Source: Vulcanimicrobiota bacterium (GTDB taxonomy: Bacteria > Vulcanimicrobiota > Vulcanimicrobiia > Vulcanimicrobiales > Vulcanimicrobiaceae). From it: a stretch of DNA of 64,000 bases. Shown here one piece after another: positions 40,560 through 49,587 of this stretch. Where the stretch lies: assembly GCA_963733295.1 (NCBI GenBank), contig CAVTCS010000003.1, forward strand, positions 2,368,001 to 2,432,000, given 5' to 3'. Positions within the stretch are counted from its first letter, which is position 1. Each line of letters begins with the position of its first letter. The notes beneath the pieces were generated by a model. The model had not been told where the DNA came from. It did no database searches and worked only from the letters and a program-made list of their open reading frames with translations. The translations under genes and the position numbers were made by a program.

Positions 40560-42350
40560 GTGATAGTGTCCGTTCCCGCGAGCCCGCCCGCGCCGGCGAG
40601 TCTCCGGCAAAGTGTCGACGTCCTGATGCGGCAGCGCCAGAAGGAGCTTCACATCCCCGGCATGGCGCTGGTCATCGTCAAAGACGATCGGGTCGTGTAC
40701 GCCCATGCCTTCGGTGTGCGGAATGTCGCGAAGAATCAACCCGTAACACTCGATACGGTCTTTCCGATAGGCTCGTGTACGAAGGCGTTTACCGCAATGA
40801 CGCTCGCGATCGAGCAAGACAGAGGCCTGGTCAGCTTCCACGACCATCCCCAACGCTACCTGACGGATTTCAAGATGGCCGATCCGGTTGCAAATGCGGG
40901 CGTCACGCTGGTCGACATGCTTTCCCATCGAACGGGTCTCATGGCATATAACGACCTTTCGGCGGAACCAGGCGTCTTGACCATGGACCAATACGTGCGA
41001 GCCGCGACGTCGGCAAAACCGACGGCACCGTTCCGAAGCAAATTCCAGTATAACAACGCGATGGTCGTTGCGGCGGGCAAAATCGCCGGCACCGTGAACG
41101 GGAGCACGTGGGCCCAAGCCGTCACGCAGGACGTTCTAGAACCCCTCGGCATGGACTCGACGACGCCCGACGTTTTCGCAGCGATGCACGACGCCGATCA
41201 CGCCACGGGATACACATACGATCCCTCAGCCGGCTGGCAGCCGGTAGCACCTCCGGCGACGCTTCGCGAACTCGCCCCCGCCGGAGCTGTCGCGTCGAGC
41301 GCCAACGACATGACGCGCTGGGTTCGCATGCTCGCCGACGGCGGCGTCGTAGACGGCAAACGGTTCGTTTCCGCCGTGTCATACGAACAAATGACGACGC
41401 CGACGATCAAAGTTTCTCCGCGATTCTCCTACGGACTTGGCTGGGCGATCTATTCGTTGAACGGCCAGAAGGTCGTGGAACACAACGGCGGCTCCGAAGG
41501 CATTAGCGCACTCGTGAGCTTCATACCATCCCGCCACACCGGCTTCGTTCTCCTTGCCAACACTACCCACACTGCGATGACCACCGTTGGCAACCTCGCG
41601 ACGCGGCTCTACCCGCGGCTCTTGAACGAACCCGGGAGCGAGGCGCCATCGCAAGCGCCCAGCGCTACGCCCGCTCCGAAGCCGTCGCGCTCGAGCGCCG
41701 CACTGCCGCCGGCTGACGCGCTCATTGCTCGCGCGATTGCCGCTCTCGGCGGCGAACGCGCGATGCAACGGCATGCGTCGATATCGATTGAAGAGCGAAA
41801 ATGGTACGCCAACCAGGGCGTCACCGCATCCGTGACCGTCCTTGCAGGTGCCCCTGCTTCGCAAGAAACCCGCGAAACGTGGTTTGCCGCAGGGCGTGAG
41901 ATCGCACGCTTACGCCTCTACTTCGACGGCACGCGTGGTGGGCAAGCGACGACTTTTGGGCAGAACGCGGCCGACGACGCAACCGAACGCGTGGCCGCAC
42001 GCCGCGACGATCGCCTGCATCCACTGTTATCGCTGAAGCACGACTACCGCCGCGTTCGCGTCGTGGAATCGACGACATTCGCCGGCGAGCCGTCGTACGT
42101 GATCGAGCTAGCCCCGGCCGAGGGCGATTCCGTCTTTCTGACCGTATCCAAATCTTCCGGCATCCCGCTGGAACGCAGTGAGGGGAATACGACACAAACG
42201 TTCGCCGATTATCGCCTCGTAGACGGCGAAGTCGTACCGTTTCGCATTACCATCCACGACGAGCTCGGCGAAACCGACGTTCGCGTCGACCGGATACGAT
42301 TCGACGTTCCAATTCCACCGGATGCGTTTTCGCCGCGCCGGACGCTTTAG
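40560..42350 (+). CDS. Serine hydrolase (class C beta-lactamase-like) with C-terminal extra domain
   Basis: GSCTK (SxxK), LSHRTG, QYNN (YxN) and HNGG. GTG 40560 follows GGGGAG. Confidence 0.85.
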   Translation: MIVSVPASPPAPASLRQSVDVLMRQRQKELHIPGMALVIVKDDRVVYAHAFGVRNVAKNQPVTLDTVFPIGSCTKAFTAMTLAIEQDRGLVSFHDHPQRYLTDFKMADPVANAGVTLVDMLSHRTGLMAYNDLSAEPGVLTMDQYVRAATSAKPTAPFRSKFQYNNAMVVAAGKIAGTVNGSTWAQAVTQDVLEPLGMDSTTPDVFAAMHDADHATGYTYDPSAGWQPVAPPATLRELAPAGAVASSANDMTRWVRMLADGGVVDGKRFVSAVSYEQMTTPTIKVSPRFSYGLGWAIYSLNGQKVVEHNGGSEGISALVSFIPSRHTGFVLLANTTHTAMTTVGNLATRLYPRLLNEPGSEAPSQAPSATPAPKPSRSSAALPPADALIARAIAALGGERAMQRHASISIEERKWYANQGVTASVTVLAGAPASQETRETWFAAGREIARLRLYFDGTRGGQATTFGQNAADDATERVAARRDDRLHPLLSLKHDYRRVRVVESTTFAGEPSYVIELAPAEGDSVFLTVSKSSGIPLERSEGNTTQTFADYRLVDGEVVPFRITIHDELGETDVRVDRIRFDVPIPPDAFSPRRTL

Positions 42351-43132
42351 CGCTCTCGAGCGATCGCGTCGTGCAATTCGAACCAACGGTCGGGCGAAAC
42401 GGTGACGTCGCCGCGGAACGGATAGTCGAGCAAAACGATGAGCGAAAACAGAATGCCGATCATCGCCGCAGTCGCTCCCGTCATAATCAGCTGGACGCGA
42501 AAGTTCTTCAAACCGAATAAGTAGAGGAAGCAGACGAGGACTATCGCGCCTAGCACGAGACCGAGTTTGATGATCGGTGCGACGGTGCTACCCACATCGT
42601 TGATGCGGTGGCGCCGAAGGTCGGCCACGACTTGAACGCGTTCAAACAGCTGGTTCTGCAGGTTCGAGCGCTGGGCATCGGTCACCTGAATCCGCGCCAC
42701 GTCCGTGAAGAGGACGAGGATCAATTTCTGAGCCGCTGCACTACTCTTTCCGTCGCGCATCTTCGGCCACTCATCGCTGCCAACCACGATCGCGTAGCGG
42801 GCGACGTCGTATCGGATTCGGGCGGCCTCGCGTGCCGGCAAAAGCTCGCCGAAACGCCAAACGTCGGTCGCTGCATCGACTTCCGCTTGCGCCCGTTCCT
42901 GAGATTGGGAAAAGTGCTCCCATACCACGACGGTCATGAAACCCAGAAGAACGGCATACAGAACGCCGACGACGGCGAGGATGAACCCCGCGACTTCGTT
43001 GTGCTCGAGGAAGTCCGCTTTCGCAAACGATCGACGGACCAAAACGTGGCCCGCGCACGCCACGATAACGCACGTCAAAGTGATGAGCAAAAGCCCGGCC
43101 CAGCCTGGGACTGCATAGATAGATGGCATCAC
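42347..43132 (-). CDS. DUF4239 (bestrophin-like) membrane protein
   Basis: Motifs VGVLYAVLLGF, VVVWE and LDYPFRGDVTVSP. Confidence 0.75.
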   Translation of the reverse strand: MMPSIYAVPGWAGLLLITLTCVIVACAGHVLVRRSFAKADFLEHNEVAGFILAVVGVLYAVLLGFMTVVVWEHFSQSQERAQAEVDAATDVWRFGELLPAREAARIRYDVARYAIVVGSDEWPKMRDGKSSAAAQKLILVLFTDVARIQVTDAQRSNLQNQLFERVQVVADLRRHRINDVGSTVAPIIKLGLVLGAIVLVCFLYLFGLKNFRVQLIMTGATAAMIGILFSLIVLLDYPFRGDVTVSPDRWFELHDAIARER

Positions 43133-43187
43133 GCAGGTCTTTGACGCTTGCTACTCGACCCTCCCGCCGGAGTGCTGGCTGCGTTAT

Positions 43188-44528
43188 CTAGCTGGTCTTG
43201 CTCCGCACCGACCGGAACGTAGCGCGAACGTCTTCGGAGAAGAGCTGCGGTTGTTCCCAGGCCGCAAAGTGGCCGCCCACGTCGTGCTTCTTGTAGTAGA
43301 CGAGTTTGGGATACGCTTTTTTCGACCAGCTTTCCGGCGCGGTGTAGAGCTCGTGTGGAAAGGCGCTGACGCCGGTCGGAATGCTGACGCCCTTGACGTC
43401 GAAGAAGTCGAGCTTATTTTCCCAATACAGGCGCGCCGACGAGATCCCCGTCTTCGTGAACCAGTACATCGTGATGTTGTCGAGGACGTCGTCTCGCGAG
43501 AGGCCGCCGGGGTTTCCGAAAAAGGCGGGCGCGATCATCTCGTAGCTGTCCTTGTCGTGATCGAGCATCCAAGTCGCCAGGCCGATCGGTGAATCCAACA
43601 ACCCGTAGAGCGTCTGTGGGCGGTTGGCCATCTCGATGGCATAGCCCACGTGATGCGCGTAGAAGTCTTTGAGCTGCTCGAACGCGTTCAGCTCGTCGCC
43701 CGAAAGACCGGCCGGTGCCGCGCCGCCCGCCTTGGCTACCGCCAAGATGTCGGCCGGTACGGTACCCGGCATATTGCTGTGAATTGCTAGCACCTGCGCC
43801 GGCGCCAGTAAAGCTAGCTCTTGCGTGACGTTCGAACCCCAGTCGCCGCCTTGCGCCACGAATTGCGAATATCCGAGGCGCTCCATCAGCACGACCCACG
43901 CTTTTGCGATGCGAATCGGATCCCAGCCGAGGACCGTCGGCTCGGGCGAATACCCGTAGCCCGGGAGCGACGGTATCACGAGATGGAACGCGTCCGAAGC
44001 GCTGGCGCCATGCGCTGTGGGATTGGTGAGCGGTCCGATGACCTTCGTCTGCTCGATGATCGAGCCGGGCCACCCGTGCGTGATGATAAGCGGCAACGCG
44101 TTTTCGTGTTGCGAGCGAACGTGGATGAAATGAATATCCTGGCCGTCGATCTCGGTGACGAATTGCGGGATTGCGTTGAGTTGAGCCTCGCACTTGCGCC
44201 AATCGTAACCGCTCGCCCAGTAGGTCGCGAGAGCCTGAGTGGTCGCCAGTTGTATCCCTTGCGTGTCGTCCGGAACGAGTTCCCGCGTGGGCCATCGCGT
44301 TGCCTTAACGCGCCCGCGCAGCTCGACGAGTTCCGCCTCGGGAACGTTCAGCTTGGGAAACGGACGGATAGCGGTCGTGCCGCTGCCCGCCTGTTGTGCA
44401 AGTTGCGTCATGGTTGTCATCCTTTCGGTCAATTCGTTCGCTGTAGTGGATCCTGCGCTGCCGGCGATCCCAAGCCCAGTCGCGCCGAGGCCGATAGTCG
44501 CCCGGTTGACGAAGGTGCGGCGGTTCAT
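43188..44528 (-). CDS. Epoxide hydrolase (EHN domain + alpha/beta hydrolase) with Tat-like leader
   Basis: NRRTF leader, YDWRK, THGWPGS, PSLPGYGYS, QGGDWG and GGHFAAWEQP. Confidence 0.9.
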   Translation of the reverse strand: MNRRTFVNRATIGLGATGLGIAGSAGSTTANELTERMTTMTQLAQQAGSGTTAIRPFPKLNVPEAELVELRGRVKATRWPTRELVPDDTQGIQLATTQALATYWASGYDWRKCEAQLNAIPQFVTEIDGQDIHFIHVRSQHENALPLIITHGWPGSIIEQTKVIGPLTNPTAHGASASDAFHLVIPSLPGYGYSPEPTVLGWDPIRIAKAWVVLMERLGYSQFVAQGGDWGSNVTQELALLAPAQVLAIHSNMPGTVPADILAVAKAGGAAPAGLSGDELNAFEQLKDFYAHHVGYAIEMANRPQTLYGLLDSPIGLATWMLDHDKDSYEMIAPAFFGNPGGLSRDDVLDNITMYWFTKTGISSARLYWENKLDFFDVKGVSIPTGVSAFPHELYTAPESWSKKAYPKLVYYKKHDVGGHFAAWEQPQLFSEDVRATFRSVRSKTS

Positions 44529-45421
44529 GCCATCCCATCCACTGCAATGATGGCGTCGGCGAAGGCTTGCGGTGCTTCTTGGGGCACGTCGTGCCCAATG
44601 CCCGGCAGAGTGCGGTGCGCGTAATTGCCGGAGAACTGTTTGCGATAGGCGGTGCCATCGGCGTTAGCGCCGTCGAAATCGCTGCCGATCGTAATAGTTG
44701 GGACCGTGATGATCGGATTCTGCTGGAGCTTTTCCTCGAGCGACGCGTATCGCGGATCGCCTTGCGCGAGTTGCAGCCGCCAGCGGTAGTTGTGAATGAC
44801 GATCGCGACGTGGTCGGGGTTCTCAAAGGATTGCGCGGTGCGATCGTAGGTCGCATCGTCGAAGTTCCACTTCGGGGAGGCGAGCGTCCAAATCAGTTTG
44901 TTGAAGTCATGCCGGTTTTCACCGTACCCGGCGCGCCCGCGTTCGGTGGCGAAATAATACTGGTACCACCAGCCCAGCTCGCCGCGCGGCGGCAACGGCC
45001 GTTGGTTTGTCACGAGATTTACGATGAGATAGCCGCTCACCGAGACCAGCGCCTTGCAGCGTTGCGGCCAGAGCGCCGCCATGATGTCGGCTGCCCGCCC
45101 TCCCCAATCGAAGCCGGCGACGATTGCGCGCTCGACCTTCAGCGCGTCCATCAGCGCGATCGTATCGACCGCAAAAATGAGCTGTTCGCCGTTTCGAAAG
45201 GCCGCGTCTGAAAGAAAGCGGGTTGGGCCGTAGCCGCGCAGGTAAGGAATTAGCACGCGGTAACCCCGCGCCGCCAGCTGCGGCGCAACGTCGGCGTAGC
45301 TGTAGATGTCGTACGGCCAGCCGTGCAGCAGAATCACCGTTTGACCGCTGGGCGCGCCGACTTCAGCATACGCGACGTTCAGCTCACCGGCCACGATCTG
45401 CTTGAGGGGCAGGTCCTTCAC
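44525..45421 (-). CDS. Alpha/beta fold hydrolase
   Basis: Motifs LLHGWP, LRGYG, GFDWGG and GHDVPQEAP. Confidence 0.88.
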   Translation of the reverse strand: MKDLPLKQIVAGELNVAYAEVGAPSGQTVILLHGWPYDIYSYADVAPQLAARGYRVLIPYLRGYGPTRFLSDAAFRNGEQLIFAVDTIALMDALKVERAIVAGFDWGGRAADIMAALWPQRCKALVSVSGYLIVNLVTNQRPLPPRGELGWWYQYYFATERGRAGYGENRHDFNKLIWTLASPKWNFDDATYDRTAQSFENPDHVAIVIHNYRWRLQLAQGDPRYASLEEKLQQNPIITVPTITIGSDFDGANADGTAYRKQFSGNYAHRTLPGIGHDVPQEAPQAFADAIIAVDGMA

Positions 45422-45657
45422 TTGGTTACCTTACGGGACGATGTGAGGGCCTCCTCGCGAAGTTACCGGAGTCAGAGCGTTTTTCGCGACTCGTTCGAAT
45501 AAACTGCGCAAGTTTTCCCATGTTTCCGCACCTCCGCAGAGTGGCGCTGGCTGCGATCCCAGTTTTCCCGAAATCGGCGTTTCGTTTTGTGCCGCAATCG
45601 ACTAGAATGTACTCACGGTCGCTTGTGAAATACCGTCGCGAGTGACCCGGAGAAAAG

Positions 45658-46239
45658 ATGATACAGCGAATCGTCGCCCTTGCTTTCTTCGTCGCGGCTA
45701 TAGCGCCCGTGTCACCGGCCTACAGCCGTTCCCGCGCATTCGACTTGCAGCATTCGAAGATGACGGTCCACGTCTACAAACAAGGCATGTTTTCGTTTCT
45801 TGCCGACAATCACGAGGTCGACGCCCCTATATTGAGCGGTTCGTACGACAGCGCGGATAAGGCCATCGAGCTCACGGTGGATGCCACGAAGATGCGCGTC
45901 ATGGATCCGAGTCTCCCCGCGCAGAAACGCGAATCCGTACAGACGAACATGGCCGGCCTGCAGGTGCTGGATGTGGCAGATTACCCGACCATCACTTTTC
46001 GCTCGACAACGATCGACGATGTCGACGCAAACCACTGGACGGTCACCGGCGATCTCACGCTCCGCGGACAGGTGCACCCCATCACCGTTAAAGTTCAGGC
46101 AAAGGATGCGACGAACTTCACGGGGACGGCCACAGTTCGCCAGACGGCGTTTGGCATCACGCCGATCCGAATTGCGGGCGGCGCCGTCACCGTAAAGGAC
46201 GACGTCACCGTCGAGTTTGAGATCGCACTGCAGCCTTAG
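45658..46239 (+). CDS. YceI family protein
   Basis: Signal peptide, then YPTITFRST, VTGDLTLRG and QTAFGI. Confidence 0.85.
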   Translation: MIQRIVALAFFVAAIAPVSPAYSRSRAFDLQHSKMTVHVYKQGMFSFLADNHEVDAPILSGSYDSADKAIELTVDATKMRVMDPSLPAQKRESVQTNMAGLQVLDVADYPTITFRSTTIDDVDANHWTVTGDLTLRGQVHPITVKVQAKDATNFTGTATVRQTAFGITPIRIAGGAVTVKDDVTVEFEIALQP

Positions 46240-46487
46240 GAGCCTTCTTCGACCTCGACGATACTGTCTGCGACCAGACCGTGCGCTTCGCGGTGCACAG
46301 CGATCGCGGCTTCCTTCGTTGGAGCTTCCACCAGGCAGAAAACTTTGCCGCTGCCTTCGTCAAACCAGTATCGTATGTACTTGGCGCCGTGTTTACCTTG
46401 CGTCTTGAGGTCGGCCTGATGAGCTTGAGCTACCGCATCGCCGGTCAAGCCTTCGATGTGGTCGTGAACGTCCATGAAAAGCGGCAT
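46236..46487 (-). CDS. DUF4242 / SCO4226-like nickel-binding protein
   Basis: Motifs MPLFMDVH, AHQAD, YWFDE, FCLVEAP and VHREAHG. GAGGAG SD upstream. Confidence 0.8.
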   Translation of the reverse strand: MPLFMDVHDHIEGLTGDAVAQAHQADLKTQGKHGAKYIRYWFDEGSGKVFCLVEAPTKEAAIAVHREAHGLVADSIVEVEEGS

Positions 46488-46668
46488 TGAAAACTCCTCG
46501 TTTCCTGACTATTCGCGGGCATCAACGGTGCGGTGAGTGTCACGATATCCGGACAACCATGCCGACGTGCTGCGCGCCGTTCGCTTGACAGGCGCGACAC
46601 CCTTCCGAGACCCGCACCTCCGTGTCGGCGGACCCGGAATCGTTTGGGGCCTGCCCGAAGGAGGCCCC

Positions 46669-47550
46669 GTGACACATCACAACGATTCCGGGCACGGCCT
46701 GTCTCACGCGAGCCTCACATCCTTAGAGCAGCACGCCAACGACGTACGCAAGGGCATCATCCGGTCGTTGCTCGCCGCCGGCTCCGGGCATAGCGCCGGG
46801 TCGCTCGATATGGCGGACGTCTTTACCGCGCTCTACTTTCATATCATGCGTCACGACCCCGAGCGTCCGCTGTGGGAAGACCGCGATCGGCTGCTGCTGT
46901 CGTGCGGACATATCGCGCCGGTGCGCTATAGCGCGATGGCTTACGCCGGATATTTCCCGGTCGAAGAACTGCTGACGCTGCGCAAGCTCGGATCCCGCTT
47001 GCAGGGCCATCCCGAACGAACCAGATTGCCGGCGCTCGAAACGACCTCGGGTCCGCTGGGCGAAGGACTCGCGCAGGGCACCGGAATGGCTTTGGCCGCC
47101 AAGATGGACGAGAAAGATTGGCGCGTCTACGTCGTCACCTCGGACGCCGAGCACCAGTGCGGCCTCCATTGGGAGGCGGTCATGACCGCCGCCAAATTCA
47201 AGCTCGATAATCTCACGTGCATCGTCGATCGCAACTTCATTCAAATTGACGGCAGCACCGAAGACGTCATGCCGCTCGAACCGCTCGTCGACAAGTACCG
47301 CGCCTTCAATTGGGAAACGTTCTCGTGCGATGGAAACGACATCGGCGAATTCATTGCGACAGTGGAAAAGGCCAAACTCGTGCGCGGCAAACCGCAAGTC
47401 ATCATCGCTCACACGCTGTCCGGTAAGGGCGTCGCATTCATGGAGGGCGACTACCTCTGGCACGGAAAGCCGCCGAACGCCCAACAGGCCGAGGAGGCTT
47501 TACGCGAACTCGATGCGCGAGGCGAGAGAATCGCGGCGGCCCGTGGCTAG
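46669..47550 (+). CDS. Transketolase, N-terminal (ThDP-binding) subunit
   Basis: Motifs SGHSAGSL, RDRLLLSCGH, RLQGHP and WHG. GTG start follows GAAGGAGG. Confidence 0.88.
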   Translation: MTHHNDSGHGLSHASLTSLEQHANDVRKGIIRSLLAAGSGHSAGSLDMADVFTALYFHIMRHDPERPLWEDRDRLLLSCGHIAPVRYSAMAYAGYFPVEELLTLRKLGSRLQGHPERTRLPALETTSGPLGEGLAQGTGMALAAKMDEKDWRVYVVTSDAEHQCGLHWEAVMTAAKFKLDNLTCIVDRNFIQIDGSTEDVMPLEPLVDKYRAFNWETFSCDGNDIGEFIATVEKAKLVRGKPQVIIAHTLSGKGVAFMEGDYLWHGKPPNAQQAEEALRELDARGERIAAARG

Positions 47551-47584
47551 ACGCAACGTGGTCGAGGAGGACGAAGTCGCCGGA

Positions 47585-48559
47585 ATGCATCTGGTCGACT
47601 ACCGCGATGCCGCGGCGCTCGCGCGCGTTCCCACGCGCGACGGGTTCGGCAAAGGCTTGGTCGAGGCGGGTCGCCGCAACCACGCCGTCATCGGAATTTG
47701 CGCCGACCTCAGCGAGTCGACACGCATGGAGGCCTTCAAGACCGCGTTTCCGCAGCGCTACATCGAGATCGGAGTTGCCGAGCAGCTGTTGGCGGCAATG
47801 GCCTCCGGTCTAGCGGCCAGCGGAAAGATTCCTTTCATTGCGAGCTACGCGATGTTCGATCCCGGGCGCTCCTGGGAGCAGATTCGGACGACCATCGCCC
47901 TGAACGACACGAACGTGAAGATCGCCGGCGCACATGCGGGCGTCTCGGTCGGCCCCGACGGCGCGACGCATCAGGCGATCGAAGACATCGCGATCATGCG
48001 CGTCATTCCCAACATGACCGTCGTCGTGCCCTGCGATTCGGTTCAAACCGAGAAGGCGACCATTGCTGTGGCCGAGCGGCGGGGCCCAACCTACTTGCGC
48101 TTCGGCCGCGACAAGAGCGCGGTCCTCACGACCGAGAAGACGCCTTTTGAAATCGGCAAAGCTCAGACGTTTCGCGCCGGCAGCGACGTGGCGCTCGTCG
48201 CCTGCGGCATCTTAGTCGAGAACGCGCTGCTGGCCGCCGGCAAGCTGGCCTCCGAGGGCATCGAATGCCGCGTTATCAACAACCATACGGTCGAGCCCAT
48301 GGATTGGAAGACGCTCGTCGAAGCGGCCCGCGCGTGCCGGGCCGTCGTCACGGTCGAAGAGCACCAAGTGCGCGGCGGGATGGGTTCGCGCGTGGCGGAG
48401 ATTCTCGCAGCACACGAACCCGTTCCAATGGAGTTCGTCGGGGTGCACGACCGGTTCGGTCAATCGGGCACTCCCGCCGAGCTGATCGAACACTACGGCA
48501 TGGGCACCGACGCGATCGTCAAAGCCGTTCGAAAAGTTCTGGAGCGTAAGAAGCCTTAG
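47585..48559 (+). CDS. Transketolase, C-terminal subunit
   Basis: Motifs TRDGFG, GVAEQ, GPDGATHQAIED, VEEH and FGQSG. Confidence 0.88.
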   Translation: MHLVDYRDAAALARVPTRDGFGKGLVEAGRRNHAVIGICADLSESTRMEAFKTAFPQRYIEIGVAEQLLAAMASGLAASGKIPFIASYAMFDPGRSWEQIRTTIALNDTNVKIAGAHAGVSVGPDGATHQAIEDIAIMRVIPNMTVVVPCDSVQTEKATIAVAERRGPTYLRFGRDKSAVLTTEKTPFEIGKAQTFRAGSDVALVACGILVENALLAAGKLASEGIECRVINNHTVEPMDWKTLVEAARACRAVVTVEEHQVRGGMGSRVAEILAAHEPVPMEFVGVHDRFGQSGTPAELIEHYGMGTDAIVKAVRKVLERKKP

Positions 48560-48580
48560 TCCGGCCTGCCGAGCGCTGAC

Positions 48581-48874
48581 CTAACGGCGCGAATCGAGAC
48601 GCTGTTGAACGAGCGCGAGGGCGAAGGTGAGATCGCTTGCGATATTTGAGTTTGGATCGCTGAGCTCAATGCTGAGGCCGATGGTGCTCAGTCTCGCCCA
48701 ACTGGCCTCGTCGCCGTCGAGGAACTCGTCGAGATACGCTTTCCGGACGCGCGCCTCGCGCTCGGTCAACGGCTCGCGCATCCAATCGACCGTTTCGCCG
48801 TCGATCTTGTCGACCGCGCCACGGCGTGCGCCGAAGTTGAAACTCCCGAATTCAGGCCGATCGGAATCGCTCAT
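48581..48874 (-). CDS. Small hypothetical protein
   Basis: Protein-like ORF filling the gap downstream of mntP. Confidence 0.5.
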   Translation of the reverse strand: MSDSDRPEFGSFNFGARRGAVDKIDGETVDWMREPLTEREARVRKAYLDEFLDGDEASWARLSTIGLSIELSDPNSNIASDLTFALALVQQRLDSRR

Positions 48875-48933
48875 CGGAGGCTCGATCTTTTCGGTGGCCG
48901 TTTGTGAGCGACCCCCTGCGCGCTGCGGTCGAG

Positions 48934-49491
48934 CTAGCCCGTGCGGAATTGCTGGATTGCGAATACGACAGCCAACAGGATCAGCACGATGCCGGCGGCC
49001 CGTTCGGCATTCTTTTCGAACATGTGACCCAGCTTGGCACCGAAAGCGATGCCTGCCAGCGTGAAGCAGATCGTCGAAACCGCAACGGTTGCAAAGAGCT
49101 GAGGCAACGGCAGCTTCAATGCTGGAAGAGCAAATCCAACGCCGAGCGAGTCGAGGCTGATCGACAGTGACGCGAGCGCTAACCCGTGCGGTTTGGAAAC
49201 GTCAAACCCAAAGTCGTCACTGTTCGAGAAGCCCTCGCGCAGTATCCAAGCACCGATTAAGGCGAGCACGATGAGCCCGATCCACGTTGCAATCGTGCCG
49301 GCCAGACGGCCGAACCCCGTCCCCAGCAGTAAGCCTACGAGCTGCATGAGGATCTCCGCCGCCGCAAACGAGGCTCCCACGCGAACGCGCGTGGGCCACG
49401 GATAGCCTTTGATCCCGATAGCGACCGACAGGGCGAGAACGTCCAAACCGATAGCCAGCGCAATGCCGAATATTCGGAGCTGCGTTTCCAG
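48934..49491 (-). CDS. mntP: Manganese efflux pump MntP family
   Basis: Two repeats, ALAIGLDVLALSVAIG and SISLDSLGVG, plus AERAAGIVLI. Probable CTG start at 49491 with GGAG 8 nt upstream. Confidence 0.75.
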   Translation of the reverse strand: METQLRIFGIALAIGLDVLALSVAIGIKGYPWPTRVRVGASFAAAEILMQLVGLLLGTGFGRLAGTIATWIGLIVLALIGAWILREGFSNSDDFGFDVSKPHGLALASLSISLDSLGVGFALPALKLPLPQLFATVAVSTICFTLAGIAFGAKLGHMFEKNAERAAGIVLILLAVVFAIQQFRTG

Positions 49492-49587
49492 GTGAAGATC
49501 TCCGCGACGAGGCGCTACGGGAAGTAAGGCCGGGGCTTCGCGCAAACCATGCGGTAAGCCCTCGCCTCGATGGGGAACGTCCGCTGC

